DNA from: Aquifex aeolicus VF5
Lineage (GTDB): Bacteria; Aquificota; Aquificia; Aquificales; Aquificaceae
DNA length: 32,000 bases
Direction: 5' to 3'
Assembly (NCBI RefSeq): GCF_000008625.1
Contig: NC_000918.1
Span: 1,200,001-1,232,000, forward strand
In this document: positions 19,729 through 26,886 of the stretch, piece after piece
Numbering within the stretch: position 1 is the first letter of the stretch
Layout of the letters: every line of letters starts with the position of its first letter
The notes under the pieces: generated by a model
Seen by the model: only the letters and a program-made list of their open reading frames with translations
Database searches by the model: none
Told to the model about the DNA's origin: nothing
Made by a program: the position numbers and the translations under genes

Positions 19729-19881
19729 GTCTGCCCTGTTCGTGGTGCGGGGGTTGTCAATGGGGCCTACACCGTGGGTGTAAGGGAAGTCGACTTCGGG
19801 AACTCCGGAAGGATTCCCGAGGGACTTCCCACCTTAAAGCTCTGAGGCCCACGGCACTTCCTGCACTGCGGCAGGGCGGAC
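19729..19881 (+). ncRNA. ssrS: Candidate 6S RNA (ends approximate)
   Basis: A GC-rich island in an AT-rich genome that folds into a long rod.
- Closing stems: GUCUGCCCUG/CAGGGCGGAC and GUGGUGC/GCACUGC, with G-U pairs valid only on the + strand.
- Inner stems: GGGCC/GGCCC, then a roughly 16/15-nt central bubble, then GGGAAGUC/GACUUCCC and UCGGGAA/UUCCCGA.
- Apical UCC-GGAA-GGA loop.
It lies directly upstream of a 5-formyl-THF cyclo-ligase gene, as ssrS-ygfA does in E. coli. Confidence 0.65.
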
Positions 19882-19889
19882 ACTCTTGC

Positions 19890-19920
19890 CTTCCCCTCCT
19901 GTAAAAGCAGGAGGCGGAAG
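19890..19920 (+). promoter_or_regulatory. 12-bp hairpin sequestering the SD of the cyclo-ligase gene (possible 6S 3' processing or termination element)
   Basis: CTTCC-CCTCCTG / loop TAAAAG / CAGGAGG-C-GGAAG. The 3' arm contains AGGAGG, 8 nt before the TTG start at 19923. No U-tract follows. Confidence 0.5.
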
Positions 19921-19922
19921 AA

Positions 19923-20483
19923 TTGCTAAAAAGCGAATTAAGGAAAAAGGTTTTACATAAACGAATAAACTTATCTGAAGAAGAAAGGAGAAGGTTATCG
20001 GAAAAAGTAATAAGCAACCTGAAGAGTCTGCCCGAATTCAAAAAATCAAAGAAAGTAGCCCTCTACTGCCCCATAAAAGGCGAAGTTGACCTGACCCCCC
20101 TCTTTCCCGAAGTTCTCAAAGAAAAGGAGTTAATCCTACCGAAAGTAGAGGGAAACGAGATATCCCTCTACAGAGTTCACTCACCAGCGTGTCTCGGTGT
20201 TGGAGCTTTCGGAATAATGGAACCGGTTGAGGGAGAAAGAGTAAATCCCGAAGATGTGGATTTCATAGCCGTTCCCGGTGTTGCCTTTGACCTGGAAGGT
20301 TACAGACTAGGCTTTGGTAAGGGCTACTACGACAGACTTTTAAAAAGAGTAAAAGGCTTGAAGGTAGGCGTCGCCTACTCTTTTCAGGTATTTGAGCGTC
20401 TGCCCAGAGACGCTTGGGACATTCCCGTTGACGTTCTCGTCACAGAAAAAAACGTAAGGAGGTTGAGAGATGGACGTTCTTAG
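19923..20483 (+). CDS. ygfA: 5-formyltetrahydrofolate cyclo-ligase
   Basis: 186 aa with the GFGKGYYDR motif. TTG start with an AGGAGG SD. Confidence 0.88.
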   Translation: MLKSELRKKVLHKRINLSEEERRRLSEKVISNLKSLPEFKKSKKVALYCPIKGEVDLTPLFPEVLKEKELILPKVEGNEISLYRVHSPACLGVGAFGIMEPVEGERVNPEDVDFIAVPGVAFDLEGYRLGFGKGYYDRLLKRVKGLKVGVAYSFQVFERLPRDAWDIPVDVLVTEKNVRRLRDGRS

Positions 20484-22146
20484 TATTCTTTTAATCCTTG
20501 TTGCAGTTGGAGTAGGCATTTTTGTAGGAAGACAATTTTTGGGACAAAAACAAGCCCCTGCACCTACATATCAGCCAGTGCCCTCTCCTCAAATACTGGA
20601 AGAAGCCAAAAGTAAGGCGGAAGAGATAATAAAAGAGGCTAAAGAAAAGGCAGAAGTAATACTAAAAGAAGCTAAGGAAAGCGCGGAGAAGATAGTAAGG
20701 GAGGCGGAAGAAAAGGCGGAGAAACTCATAAGGGAAGCTAAGGAAGAAGTTGAAAGGATAAAGGAGGAAGTAGAAAGGAGGAAGAAGGAATTAAAGGAGA
20801 GAGAGGAAAATGTACTCGCAAAAGAAAGACACCTGGACAGGAGATGGGAAGCCCTTGAGAAGAGGGAAGAGGAACTCCTCCACAGGGAAAGGGAACTTAA
20901 GGATTTTGAAAGAAGTCTGGAAAGGTGGAGAGACGAAATAAGACACAAGGAAGAAGAGCTAAAACACATGAAAGAGGAAGTGGAAGAACTAAAGAAAAAA
21001 GAACTTGAAGAACTCCAGAGGATAGCAAAGCTCACTTTAGAAGAGGCAAGGCAGGAGATAATAAAGAAGGTTGAAGAAGAGGCGAAGAAGGACGCCGTAA
21101 AACTCATGAAAGTCATAGAAGAAGACGCAAAGAGGAGGGCGGAGTTTGAAGCCAAGAAGATAATAGCGACCGCAACCCAGAGACTCGCTCCCCAGATAGC
21201 GGTAAACTACACCACGACCACCGTAGAACTCCCCAGCAACGAGTTCAAGGGAAGGATAATAGGTAGGGAAGGAAGGAACATAAGAACCTTTGAAATACTC
21301 ACAGGTGTTGACCTCATAATAGACGACACTCCGGACATCGTGACTATATCTTCCTTTGACCCCTTAAGGAGAGAAATAGCAAAAGAAGCCCTCCAGAGGC
21401 TCATAGCGGACGGGAGAATTCACCCAGCGAGGATTGAAGAAGTAGTTGATGAAGTAAAGAGGGAGTTTGACGAAAAGATAAGAAAAATTGGTGAAGAGAC
21501 CGTTTACGAGCTTGACCTTCACGACATAAACCCCGGACTCTACTACTACATAGGAAAGCTCTACTTCAGAACAAGCTATTCCCAGAACGTCCTCTTACAC
21601 TCCAAGGAAGTTGCCTATATAGCGGGACTAATGGCAGAAGAGCTCGGACTTGACGCAAAGCTCGCAAGGAGAGCGGGACTCCTTCACGACATAGGAAAGG
21701 CTATTTCTCACGAACTCGGAGGTTCTCACACGGACATAGGCGTAGAGCTTGCAAGGAAGTACGGAGAGCCCGACGCAGTAATAAACGCCATAAGGGCACA
21801 CCACGAGGAAGAACCCGTAAGATATCCCGAGGTTGCCCTCGTTTGTGCAGCGGATGCCCTTTCGGCTGCAAGACCGGGAGCCAGAAGGGAAACCCTTGAA
21901 GCTTACATAAGGAGACTTGAGAAACTCGAAGAAATAGTGAAGTCCTTCAAGGGAGTAGCGAACGCATATGCAGTACAGGCGGGAAGGGAAGTAAGAGTTA
22001 TAGTAAATCCCGAGGAGATTTCTGACGAAGAGGCTTACTTGCTCAGTAAAGAAATACCCAAGAAGATAGAAGAAGAACTGGACTTTCCCGGCCAGATAAA
22101 GGTGGTAGTGATAAGGGAGACGAGGCACGTGGAGTACGCCAAGTAA
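20470..22146 (+). CDS. rny: Ribonuclease Y
   Basis: 558 aa. Domain order: N-terminal TM helix, long charged helical region, KH domain (GRIIGREGRNIR), HD domain (LLHDIGK). SD AAGGAGG. 14-nt overlap with the upstream gene. Confidence 0.93.
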   Translation: MDVLSILLILVAVGVGIFVGRQFLGQKQAPAPTYQPVPSPQILEEAKSKAEEIIKEAKEKAEVILKEAKESAEKIVREAEEKAEKLIREAKEEVERIKEEVERRKKELKEREENVLAKERHLDRRWEALEKREEELLHRERELKDFERSLERWRDEIRHKEEELKHMKEEVEELKKKELEELQRIAKLTLEEARQEIIKKVEEEAKKDAVKLMKVIEEDAKRRAEFEAKKIIATATQRLAPQIAVNYTTTTVELPSNEFKGRIIGREGRNIRTFEILTGVDLIIDDTPDIVTISSFDPLRREIAKEALQRLIADGRIHPARIEEVVDEVKREFDEKIRKIGEETVYELDLHDINPGLYYYIGKLYFRTSYSQNVLLHSKEVAYIAGLMAEELGLDAKLARRAGLLHDIGKAISHELGGSHTDIGVELARKYGEPDAVINAIRAHHEEEPVRYPEVALVCAADALSAARPGARRETLEAYIRRLEKLEEIVKSFKGVANAYAVQAGREVRVIVNPEEISDEEAYLLSKEIPKKIEEELDFPGQIKVVVIRETRHVEYAK

Positions 22147-22226
22147 TTTCCTTCCCTGTCGTTTTATACTCTTATAAGTAAGTTTTATTGAAAGATAAAT
22201 TCCCGTGATAGAAATTAAGATCTCTG

Positions 22227-23321
22227 ATGTCACAGGCGGTCAAAGACTACTACGAGATACTCGGCGTAAACAGGGACGCTACGAAGGAAGAAATAAAAAA
22301 AGCATACAGAAAACTTGTTAGGATATACCACCCCGACATAAACCCTGACCCGAGCGCTCAGGAGAAATTTAAAGAGATTAACGAAGCTTACCACGTCCTT
22401 ATAGACGACGAGAGAAGGAGCGAGTACGACGCAATCCTGAGCAGGAATGACGTAGGTAAGTTCAGGGACTTTCTGGAGTACATTCAGGAGTTTGTGGAAA
22501 GCATAATTCAGGGAGAAAAGGGAAAGAAGAGAAGACCAAGAAAGGGACAGGACATAAAGATGAAGCTTCCCCTCACGCTTGAAGAGGCGGGACTCGGGTG
22601 CGAAAAGGAAATCATTTACAGCAGATGGATGGACTGTCCCGTGTGTGAAGGTATGGGAGTAAAGGGAGAGGCGGAAACGGTTGTTTGCCACGCATGCAAC
22701 GGAGAGGGTAGGAGGGTAAGTGGGATATTTAACTTCCCAAGACCCTGCTCAGTTTGCAAAGGTAAAGGCTTCATCGTTAAAAACCCATGTCCTACCTGCT
22801 ATGGAAGAGGTAGAGTTTCCGCACAGCACAAGATAAAAGTTCACATACCTCCCGGAACGGAAGAAGGAGAAGTCTTAAAGGTTCCAGAAAAGGGACATCT
22901 CGGTTACTTTGGTGGAAAGCCGGGAGACCTTTACCTTAAGGTAGTTCTAAAAGAACATCCGATTTTTAAGAAGGTAGGCAAGGATCTCCACATGGAAAAA
23001 GTAGTGAGCTTTCCGCTCGCGGTTCTGGGAGGAACCGTAAAAGTTCCTACATTGGAGGGCGAAGAAATAGACGTATTCATACAGCCGGGAACTGAGTGCG
23101 GTGCAACGAAAGTGGTAAAGGAAAAAGGGTATCCATACGAAAATGGAAGGGGAGACCTTATAATTCACATAAGGATAGGAGTTCCCAAAAACCTTTCAAA
23201 GTCTGAAAGGAAACTTTTAGAAAAGCTCGCAGAATCTATTAAGGAAGAGGGGGAAGAGGTTTACAGGGAAGGTGGAAGTCTTGTAGAAAAGTTAAGTTCC
23301 CTCTTTAAAAAGAACGCCTGA
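22227..23321 (+). CDS. dnaJ: DnaJ-family co-chaperone (J domain plus four CxxCxGxG zinc-finger repeats, no G/F-rich linker)
   Basis: 364 aa with DYYEILGV...YHPD, then CPVCEGMG, CHACNGEG, CSVCKGKG and CPTCYGRG. Confidence 0.88.
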   Translation: MSQAVKDYYEILGVNRDATKEEIKKAYRKLVRIYHPDINPDPSAQEKFKEINEAYHVLIDDERRSEYDAILSRNDVGKFRDFLEYIQEFVESIIQGEKGKKRRPRKGQDIKMKLPLTLEEAGLGCEKEIIYSRWMDCPVCEGMGVKGEAETVVCHACNGEGRRVSGIFNFPRPCSVCKGKGFIVKNPCPTCYGRGRVSAQHKIKVHIPPGTEEGEVLKVPEKGHLGYFGGKPGDLYLKVVLKEHPIFKKVGKDLHMEKVVSFPLAVLGGTVKVPTLEGEEIDVFIQPGTECGATKVVKEKGYPYENGRGDLIIHIRIGVPKNLSKSERKLLEKLAESIKEEGEEVYREGGSLVEKLSSLFKKNA

Positions 23322-24494
23322 AAACTCCCTCTTTATAACAGGGTAGTCGTCCTTTACACCTTTTGAGAGGAGTATCTGAAATACGTAGTTAGAACCTATC
23401 AGGAATGAAACAGCGGAAGCGGTAAGGTAAAGCTCCCACATTCTTATAAACCTGTCGTCAAACATATTCCTAATTTTGTCTAAGTTCTCGTAAAAGCGTT
23501 CCTTCCACTTTTTAAGCGTCCAGTAGTAATGCATACGCCAGTTATCAAAGTCAATTAACGTAAAGTCCATATCTCTAAAACTTTCCACAATTTCGGAAAT
23601 GGACGGGAGATATCCGCCGGGGAATATGTACTTCCTTATCCACCTGCTCTGGGTGTCCGGATGGAGCTTGCCTATAGTGTGAAGTAGGAAAAGTCCTCCT
23701 TCCTCCATTACCTTGTAAACGGTATTGAAAAAGGTTTCGTAATTTTCCTTGCCAACGTGTTCAAACATGCCTACGGAAACCACCTTGTTGAATTTCCTTC
23801 CGAGTTTGGGAAGATCTACATAGTGCAATTTGTAAACCTCGACTTTGTCCTGAAGTCCCCTTTTCTTTATTTCCTCCTTGACGTACTCGTACTGGTTGTC
23901 CGAAAGGGTAATCCCAACACTCTTTACGTTGTACAGCTCCGCACTCTCGAGGATTATTGAACCCCAACCACAACCTATGTCCAAGAGCGTGTCTCCTTCT
24001 TTTAATTGAAGCTTTTCGTAAATTATCCTCCTCTTTAAGCTTTGGGCTTCATCTATACTCATGCTAGGATCTTCAAAAAAAGCACAAGAATAAGTCATGC
24101 TCTTGTCAAGCCAGAGCCTGTAAAAGTCATTTCCAAGGTCGTAGTGGTGCTTTACATTCCTTTCATCTCTAATAGTCCTGAAAAGGGGAACGTGTCTGAG
24201 GATACCAAACAGCTTTTCAAACTTCCTTGTATCTTTAAAGAGAGTCATACCCCTCTTTATTACTTCCTCAAGATCACCCTCCACCTCTATATCCCCGTTC
24301 ATATAACCTTCTCCGAAGCCCATTTCAGGATCCTTCAAAACGTAATCCAAGCTCTTCCACGTTTTAAACCTTATGAGGTGCGACACGGGAAATTCGGGAA
24401 TCCTTTTTCCACTCGGAAGTTCCACGCCTATTTTTTCTTTCTGGTTTTCGTTTAACTTGTTTACAATTCTTTCAACGATCGCTTCTTTAATCAT
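23292..24494 (-). CDS. cfa: Cyclopropane-fatty-acyl-phospholipid synthase
   Basis: 400 aa with the SAM-binding motif LLDIGCGWG and a CFA-synthase-like body. Strong SD GGGAGGGAGGTG. Confidence 0.88.
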   Translation of the reverse strand: MIKEAIVERIVNKLNENQKEKIGVELPSGKRIPEFPVSHLIRFKTWKSLDYVLKDPEMGFGEGYMNGDIEVEGDLEEVIKRGMTLFKDTRKFEKLFGILRHVPLFRTIRDERNVKHHYDLGNDFYRLWLDKSMTYSCAFFEDPSMSIDEAQSLKRRIIYEKLQLKEGDTLLDIGCGWGSIILESAELYNVKSVGITLSDNQYEYVKEEIKKRGLQDKVEVYKLHYVDLPKLGRKFNKVVSVGMFEHVGKENYETFFNTVYKVMEEGGLFLLHTIGKLHPDTQSRWIRKYIFPGGYLPSISEIVESFRDMDFTLIDFDNWRMHYYWTLKKWKERFYENLDKIRNMFDDRFIRMWELYLTASAVSFLIGSNYVFQILLSKGVKDDYPVIKREFSGVLFKEGT

Positions 24495-24538
24495 AAGAGC
24501 ACCTCCCTCCCTTTAAAAATTTAGGCGGATAAATCTCA

Positions 24539-24567
24539 TTGACATTTATGCAGTCTTTGAATATTCT
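24539..24567 (+). promoter_or_regulatory. Sigma70-type promoter of ispH
   Basis: TTGACA (24539-24544), N17, TATTCT (24562-24567), then 6 nt to the ATG at 24574. No SD. This predicts a leaderless transcript. Confidence 0.5.
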
Positions 24568-24573
24568 TTAGGC

Positions 24574-25443
24574 ATGGTTGACATAATAATCGCAGAACAC
24601 GCAGGTTTTTGCTTCGGTGTAAAGAGGGCTGTAAAACTCGCAGAAGAAAGCCTAAAAGAATCCCAAGGAAAGGTTTATACACTCGGTCCTATAATACACA
24701 ATCCCCAAGAGGTGAATAGACTAAAGAATCTCGGCGTTTTTCCAAGTCAAGGGGAGGAGTTTAAAGAAGGGGATACGGTCATAATACGTTCCCACGGTAT
24801 CCCTCCGGAAAAGGAAGAAGCTTTAAGGAAGAAGGGTCTTAAAGTAATAGACGCTACCTGCCCATACGTTAAAGCAGTGCACGAGGCGGTCTGTCAATTG
24901 ACCAGGGAGGGTTATTTTGTGGTCCTCGTAGGAGAAAAGAATCACCCCGAGGTTATAGGGACACTCGGGTATTTGAGGGCTTGCAACGGAAAGGGAATAG
25001 TCGTTGAAACTTTAGAGGACATAGGGGAAGCTTTAAAACACGAAAGAGTTGGAATAGTCGCTCAAACAACCCAGAACGAGGAGTTCTTTAAGGAAGTAGT
25101 CGGCGAGATAGCCCTGTGGGTTAAGGAAGTAAAGGTAATAAACACCATATGCAACGCTACGTCCTTAAGGCAGGAGAGTGTAAAAAAGCTCGCTCCAGAG
25201 GTTGACGTGATGATAATAATCGGTGGAAAGAACAGCGGAAACACGAGGAGACTTTATTATATTTCTAAAGAATTAAATCCGAACACCTACCATATAGAAA
25301 CCGCTGAAGAACTCCAACCCGAGTGGTTCAGGGGAGTAAAAAGGGTGGGGATTTCCGCGGGAGCTTCAACGCCGGACTGGATTATAGAGCAAGTAAAGAG
25401 TAGAATACAAGAGATATGCGAAGGGCAATTGGTTTCCTCCTGA
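24574..25443 (+). CDS. ispH: 4-hydroxy-3-methylbut-2-enyl diphosphate reductase
   Basis: 289-aa LytB/IspH family. N-terminus AGFCFGVKRAV, plus conserved Cys residues in DATCPYV and INTICNAT. Confidence 0.94.
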   Translation: MVDIIIAEHAGFCFGVKRAVKLAEESLKESQGKVYTLGPIIHNPQEVNRLKNLGVFPSQGEEFKEGDTVIIRSHGIPPEKEEALRKKGLKVIDATCPYVKAVHEAVCQLTREGYFVVLVGEKNHPEVIGTLGYLRACNGKGIVVETLEDIGEALKHERVGIVAQTTQNEEFFKEVVGEIALWVKEVKVINTICNATSLRQESVKKLAPEVDVMIIIGGKNSGNTRRLYYISKELNPNTYHIETAEELQPEWFRGVKRVGISAGASTPDWIIEQVKSRIQEICEGQLVSS

Positions 25444-25934
25444 TAGTAATAACTTTCACTTTTGCTTCCCTTTACGAAGAATTTGTAAAGGAACAGGTAA
25501 AAGAACTTCCTTTGGACAAGGCTGTGGTAGTCGGAACAGGTAAAAAAGAATTAATAATCTTCGTAAACCCGGATTGCCCTCACTGCAGGCACGAATGGAA
25601 GAGTTTAAGGGAACATCTGGACAAGCTCAAGATTTACGTCTTCGTGGTTCCTTTCAAAGCGTGGGGTGAGGACAACTTAAAAAAAGCCTACTATATAGTC
25701 TGTTCACAAAACCCCGAAAAAGCTTTAGACGAAGTACTTACCGGAAAAGTGGACGGTAAAAATTTAAATCCTCCTACATGTGAATTACTGAATTATCACC
25801 TGAAAGCCGCAGATATCGTAGGACTAAGGGGTGTTCCGCTGAACATAATTCCCGACAAAGGAAAAGTTATAGAAGGTGCAAGCCCTAAACTTCTGGAAGA
25901 GCTCGGGATAACTTCAGCGGGAAGCAGAGACTAA
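25416..25934 (+). CDS. Secreted thioredoxin-fold thiol:disulfide interchange protein (DsbC/DsbG-like)
   Basis: 172 aa with a signal peptide and a CPHC active site. 28-nt overlap with the ispH 3' end. Confidence 0.75.
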   Translation: MRRAIGFLLIVITFTFASLYEEFVKEQVKELPLDKAVVVGTGKKELIIFVNPDCPHCRHEWKSLREHLDKLKIYVFVVPFKAWGEDNLKKAYYIVCSQNPEKALDEVLTGKVDGKNLNPPTCELLNYHLKAADIVGLRGVPLNIIPDKGKVIEGASPKLLEELGITSAGSRD

Positions 25935-26345
25935 AGCAACTCCCAGAACTATAAGGAGAGCTCCTATAATTTTTTGAAAGCTTAAGCCTTCTCCTAAAAT
26001 TAAGTAAGCAAGCAGTGTAGAGAAAAGGGGAGAGCTTGCCGCAACAGGAGCAACTATTGACACGTCGCCTACTTTTACAGCTTTATAGTACACCCAGAGA
26101 CCTAAGAAACCCCCGAGTATACCGCCGAGAGCTACACTCAAAATCTCCTTAAGGGGATAGGCAAAAGGGTTTTCTCTCAAAAGGAGTAAACCGATAAATG
26201 CCAAACTCGTGGCAGTCAAGTTATGAACAAATATCCCGGCTAAAGTGGGCATTTCCCCCTTCATCCCAAGCTTGAAGAATATTGGAGCAGTCCCCCATAT
26301 AAACGCAGCAAGCAAAGCCCAAAAAACAGCCTTTAAGTTTTCCAT
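25914..26345 (-). CDS. Half-size EamA/DMT-family membrane transporter
   Basis: 143 aa, 4-5 predicted TM helices, single EamA-like domain. TATTAT lies 7 nt before the ATG and there is no SD. Confidence 0.7.
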   Translation of the reverse strand: MENLKAVFWALLAAFIWGTAPIFFKLGMKGEMPTLAGIFVHNLTATSLAFIGLLLLRENPFAYPLKEILSVALGGILGGFLGLWVYYKAVKVGDVSIVAPVAASSPLFSTLLAYLILGEGLSFQKIIGALLIVLGVALVSASR

Positions 26346-26626
26346 TTAATGTATAATACTACCTGAAAGGGCTTCTAGCCCCACCTGGCTCCTTGGCAAT
26401 TGAATAGGGTAGGTGGGTCCTAATAAGTGATGCTTTGATGATGTGATGAAATGAAATCATGATGCAATAGGGTTAAAGGGATTGAAAATCAAGGATGGAA
26501 ATTTTATAAAGGTATACTCAAGTTTGCAGAACTTCAGGTTAGCGGAAATTAACATTCATTTCGTGAAGGTATTGTGTCTAATAAGTTGTTGATAAAGCGT
26601 TATTTTTTTAGACACAGACACGCAGG
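26346..26626 (+). promoter_or_regulatory. CRISPR leader / non-coding spacer
   Basis: 281 nt with no ORF longer than a few codons. It is AT-rich next to repeat 1 (TTATTTTTTTAG). It contains two inverted repeats and several repeat-like fragments. Confidence 0.55.
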
Positions 26627-26860
26627 GTTTCTAATGTACCGTAGAGGAGTTGAAACCAGAACAATAAGAGAGCCGATTGATGAGAACGCAGACGTTTCTA
26701 ATGTACCGTAGAGGAGTTGAAACAGATATGATACACCTGAAACATTCTTTTACATGGACCGTTTCTAATGTACCGTAGAGGAGTTGAAACCCGGCGGATA
26801 TAAAAATCGCCTACCTATACGCCGTAATGGCGTTTCTAATGTACCGTGTGGAGTTAAAAC
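26627..26860 (+). CRISPR. Orphan CRISPR mini-array: 4 repeats, 3 spacers
   Basis: The 30-nt repeat GTTTCTAATGTACCGTAGAGGAGTTGAAAC occurs at 26627-26656, 26694-26723 and 26761-26790. A degenerate 29-nt terminal repeat GTTTCTAATGTACCGTGTGGAGTTAAAAC sits at 26832-26860. Spacers are 37, 37 and 41 nt. The + orientation is inferred from the decayed last repeat, the AT-rich left flank and the GTTGAAAC 3' tag. Confidence 0.95.
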
Positions 26861-26886
26861 AGTAAAAAATAAAAAAGATTTTGGTT

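Noticed and set aside
19780-19850. Possible SRP (4.5S) RNA, because of the UCC-GGAA-GGA tetraloop hairpin
   Set aside because: The stems flanking the GGAA loop are perfectly paired apart from one bulged C. The conserved symmetric and asymmetric internal loops of SRP helix 8 (AGCA / GGUCC-type) are absent. The overall long rod with a central bubble fits 6S RNA better.
19757-20041. 94-aa minus-strand ORF covering the pheT-ygfA spacer
   Set aside because: It is antisense to the GC-rich structured RNA and to the start of the cyclo-ligase gene. Its composition is Arg/Ser/Pro/Cys-rich, typical of reading through GC-rich RNA genes. It has no SD.
20589-21155. 188-aa Ser-rich minus-strand ORF
   Set aside because: It is the antisense reading of the GAA/AAG-rich charged helical region of rny. 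This is a low-complexity artefact.
22147-22226. Heat-shock control element upstream of dnaJ (CIRCE or a sigma32-type promoter)
   Set aside because: There is no TTAGCACTC-N9-GAGTGCTAA inverted repeat. A TTGAAA hexamer is present, but the CCCGTGAT that follows is only 8 nt away, which is the wrong spacing for a sigma32 promoter.
21628-22233. 201-aa minus-strand ORF spanning the rny 3' half and the rny-dnaJ spacer
   Set aside because: It is antisense to the well-supported HD domain of RNase Y. Its composition is rich in Y/F/C/R/L with no motifs. Long antisense ORFs are expected where the sense strand is purine-rich.
26428-26464. GUGAUGA / UGAUGA motifs resembling C-boxes of archaeal C/D sRNAs or k-turns
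   Set aside because: There is no correctly placed D box (CUGA) or C'/D' pair downstream. C/D sRNPs are not a bacterial system. I kept this only as a GATG-rich tract within the leader finding.
26590-26693. Similarity between the last bases of the leader (AGACACGCAGG) and the end of spacer 1 (AGAACGCAGAC), suggesting a duplicated leader-repeat junction
   Set aside because: Only about 10 nt are similar, with an indel. I cannot distinguish this from chance without a statistical alignment.
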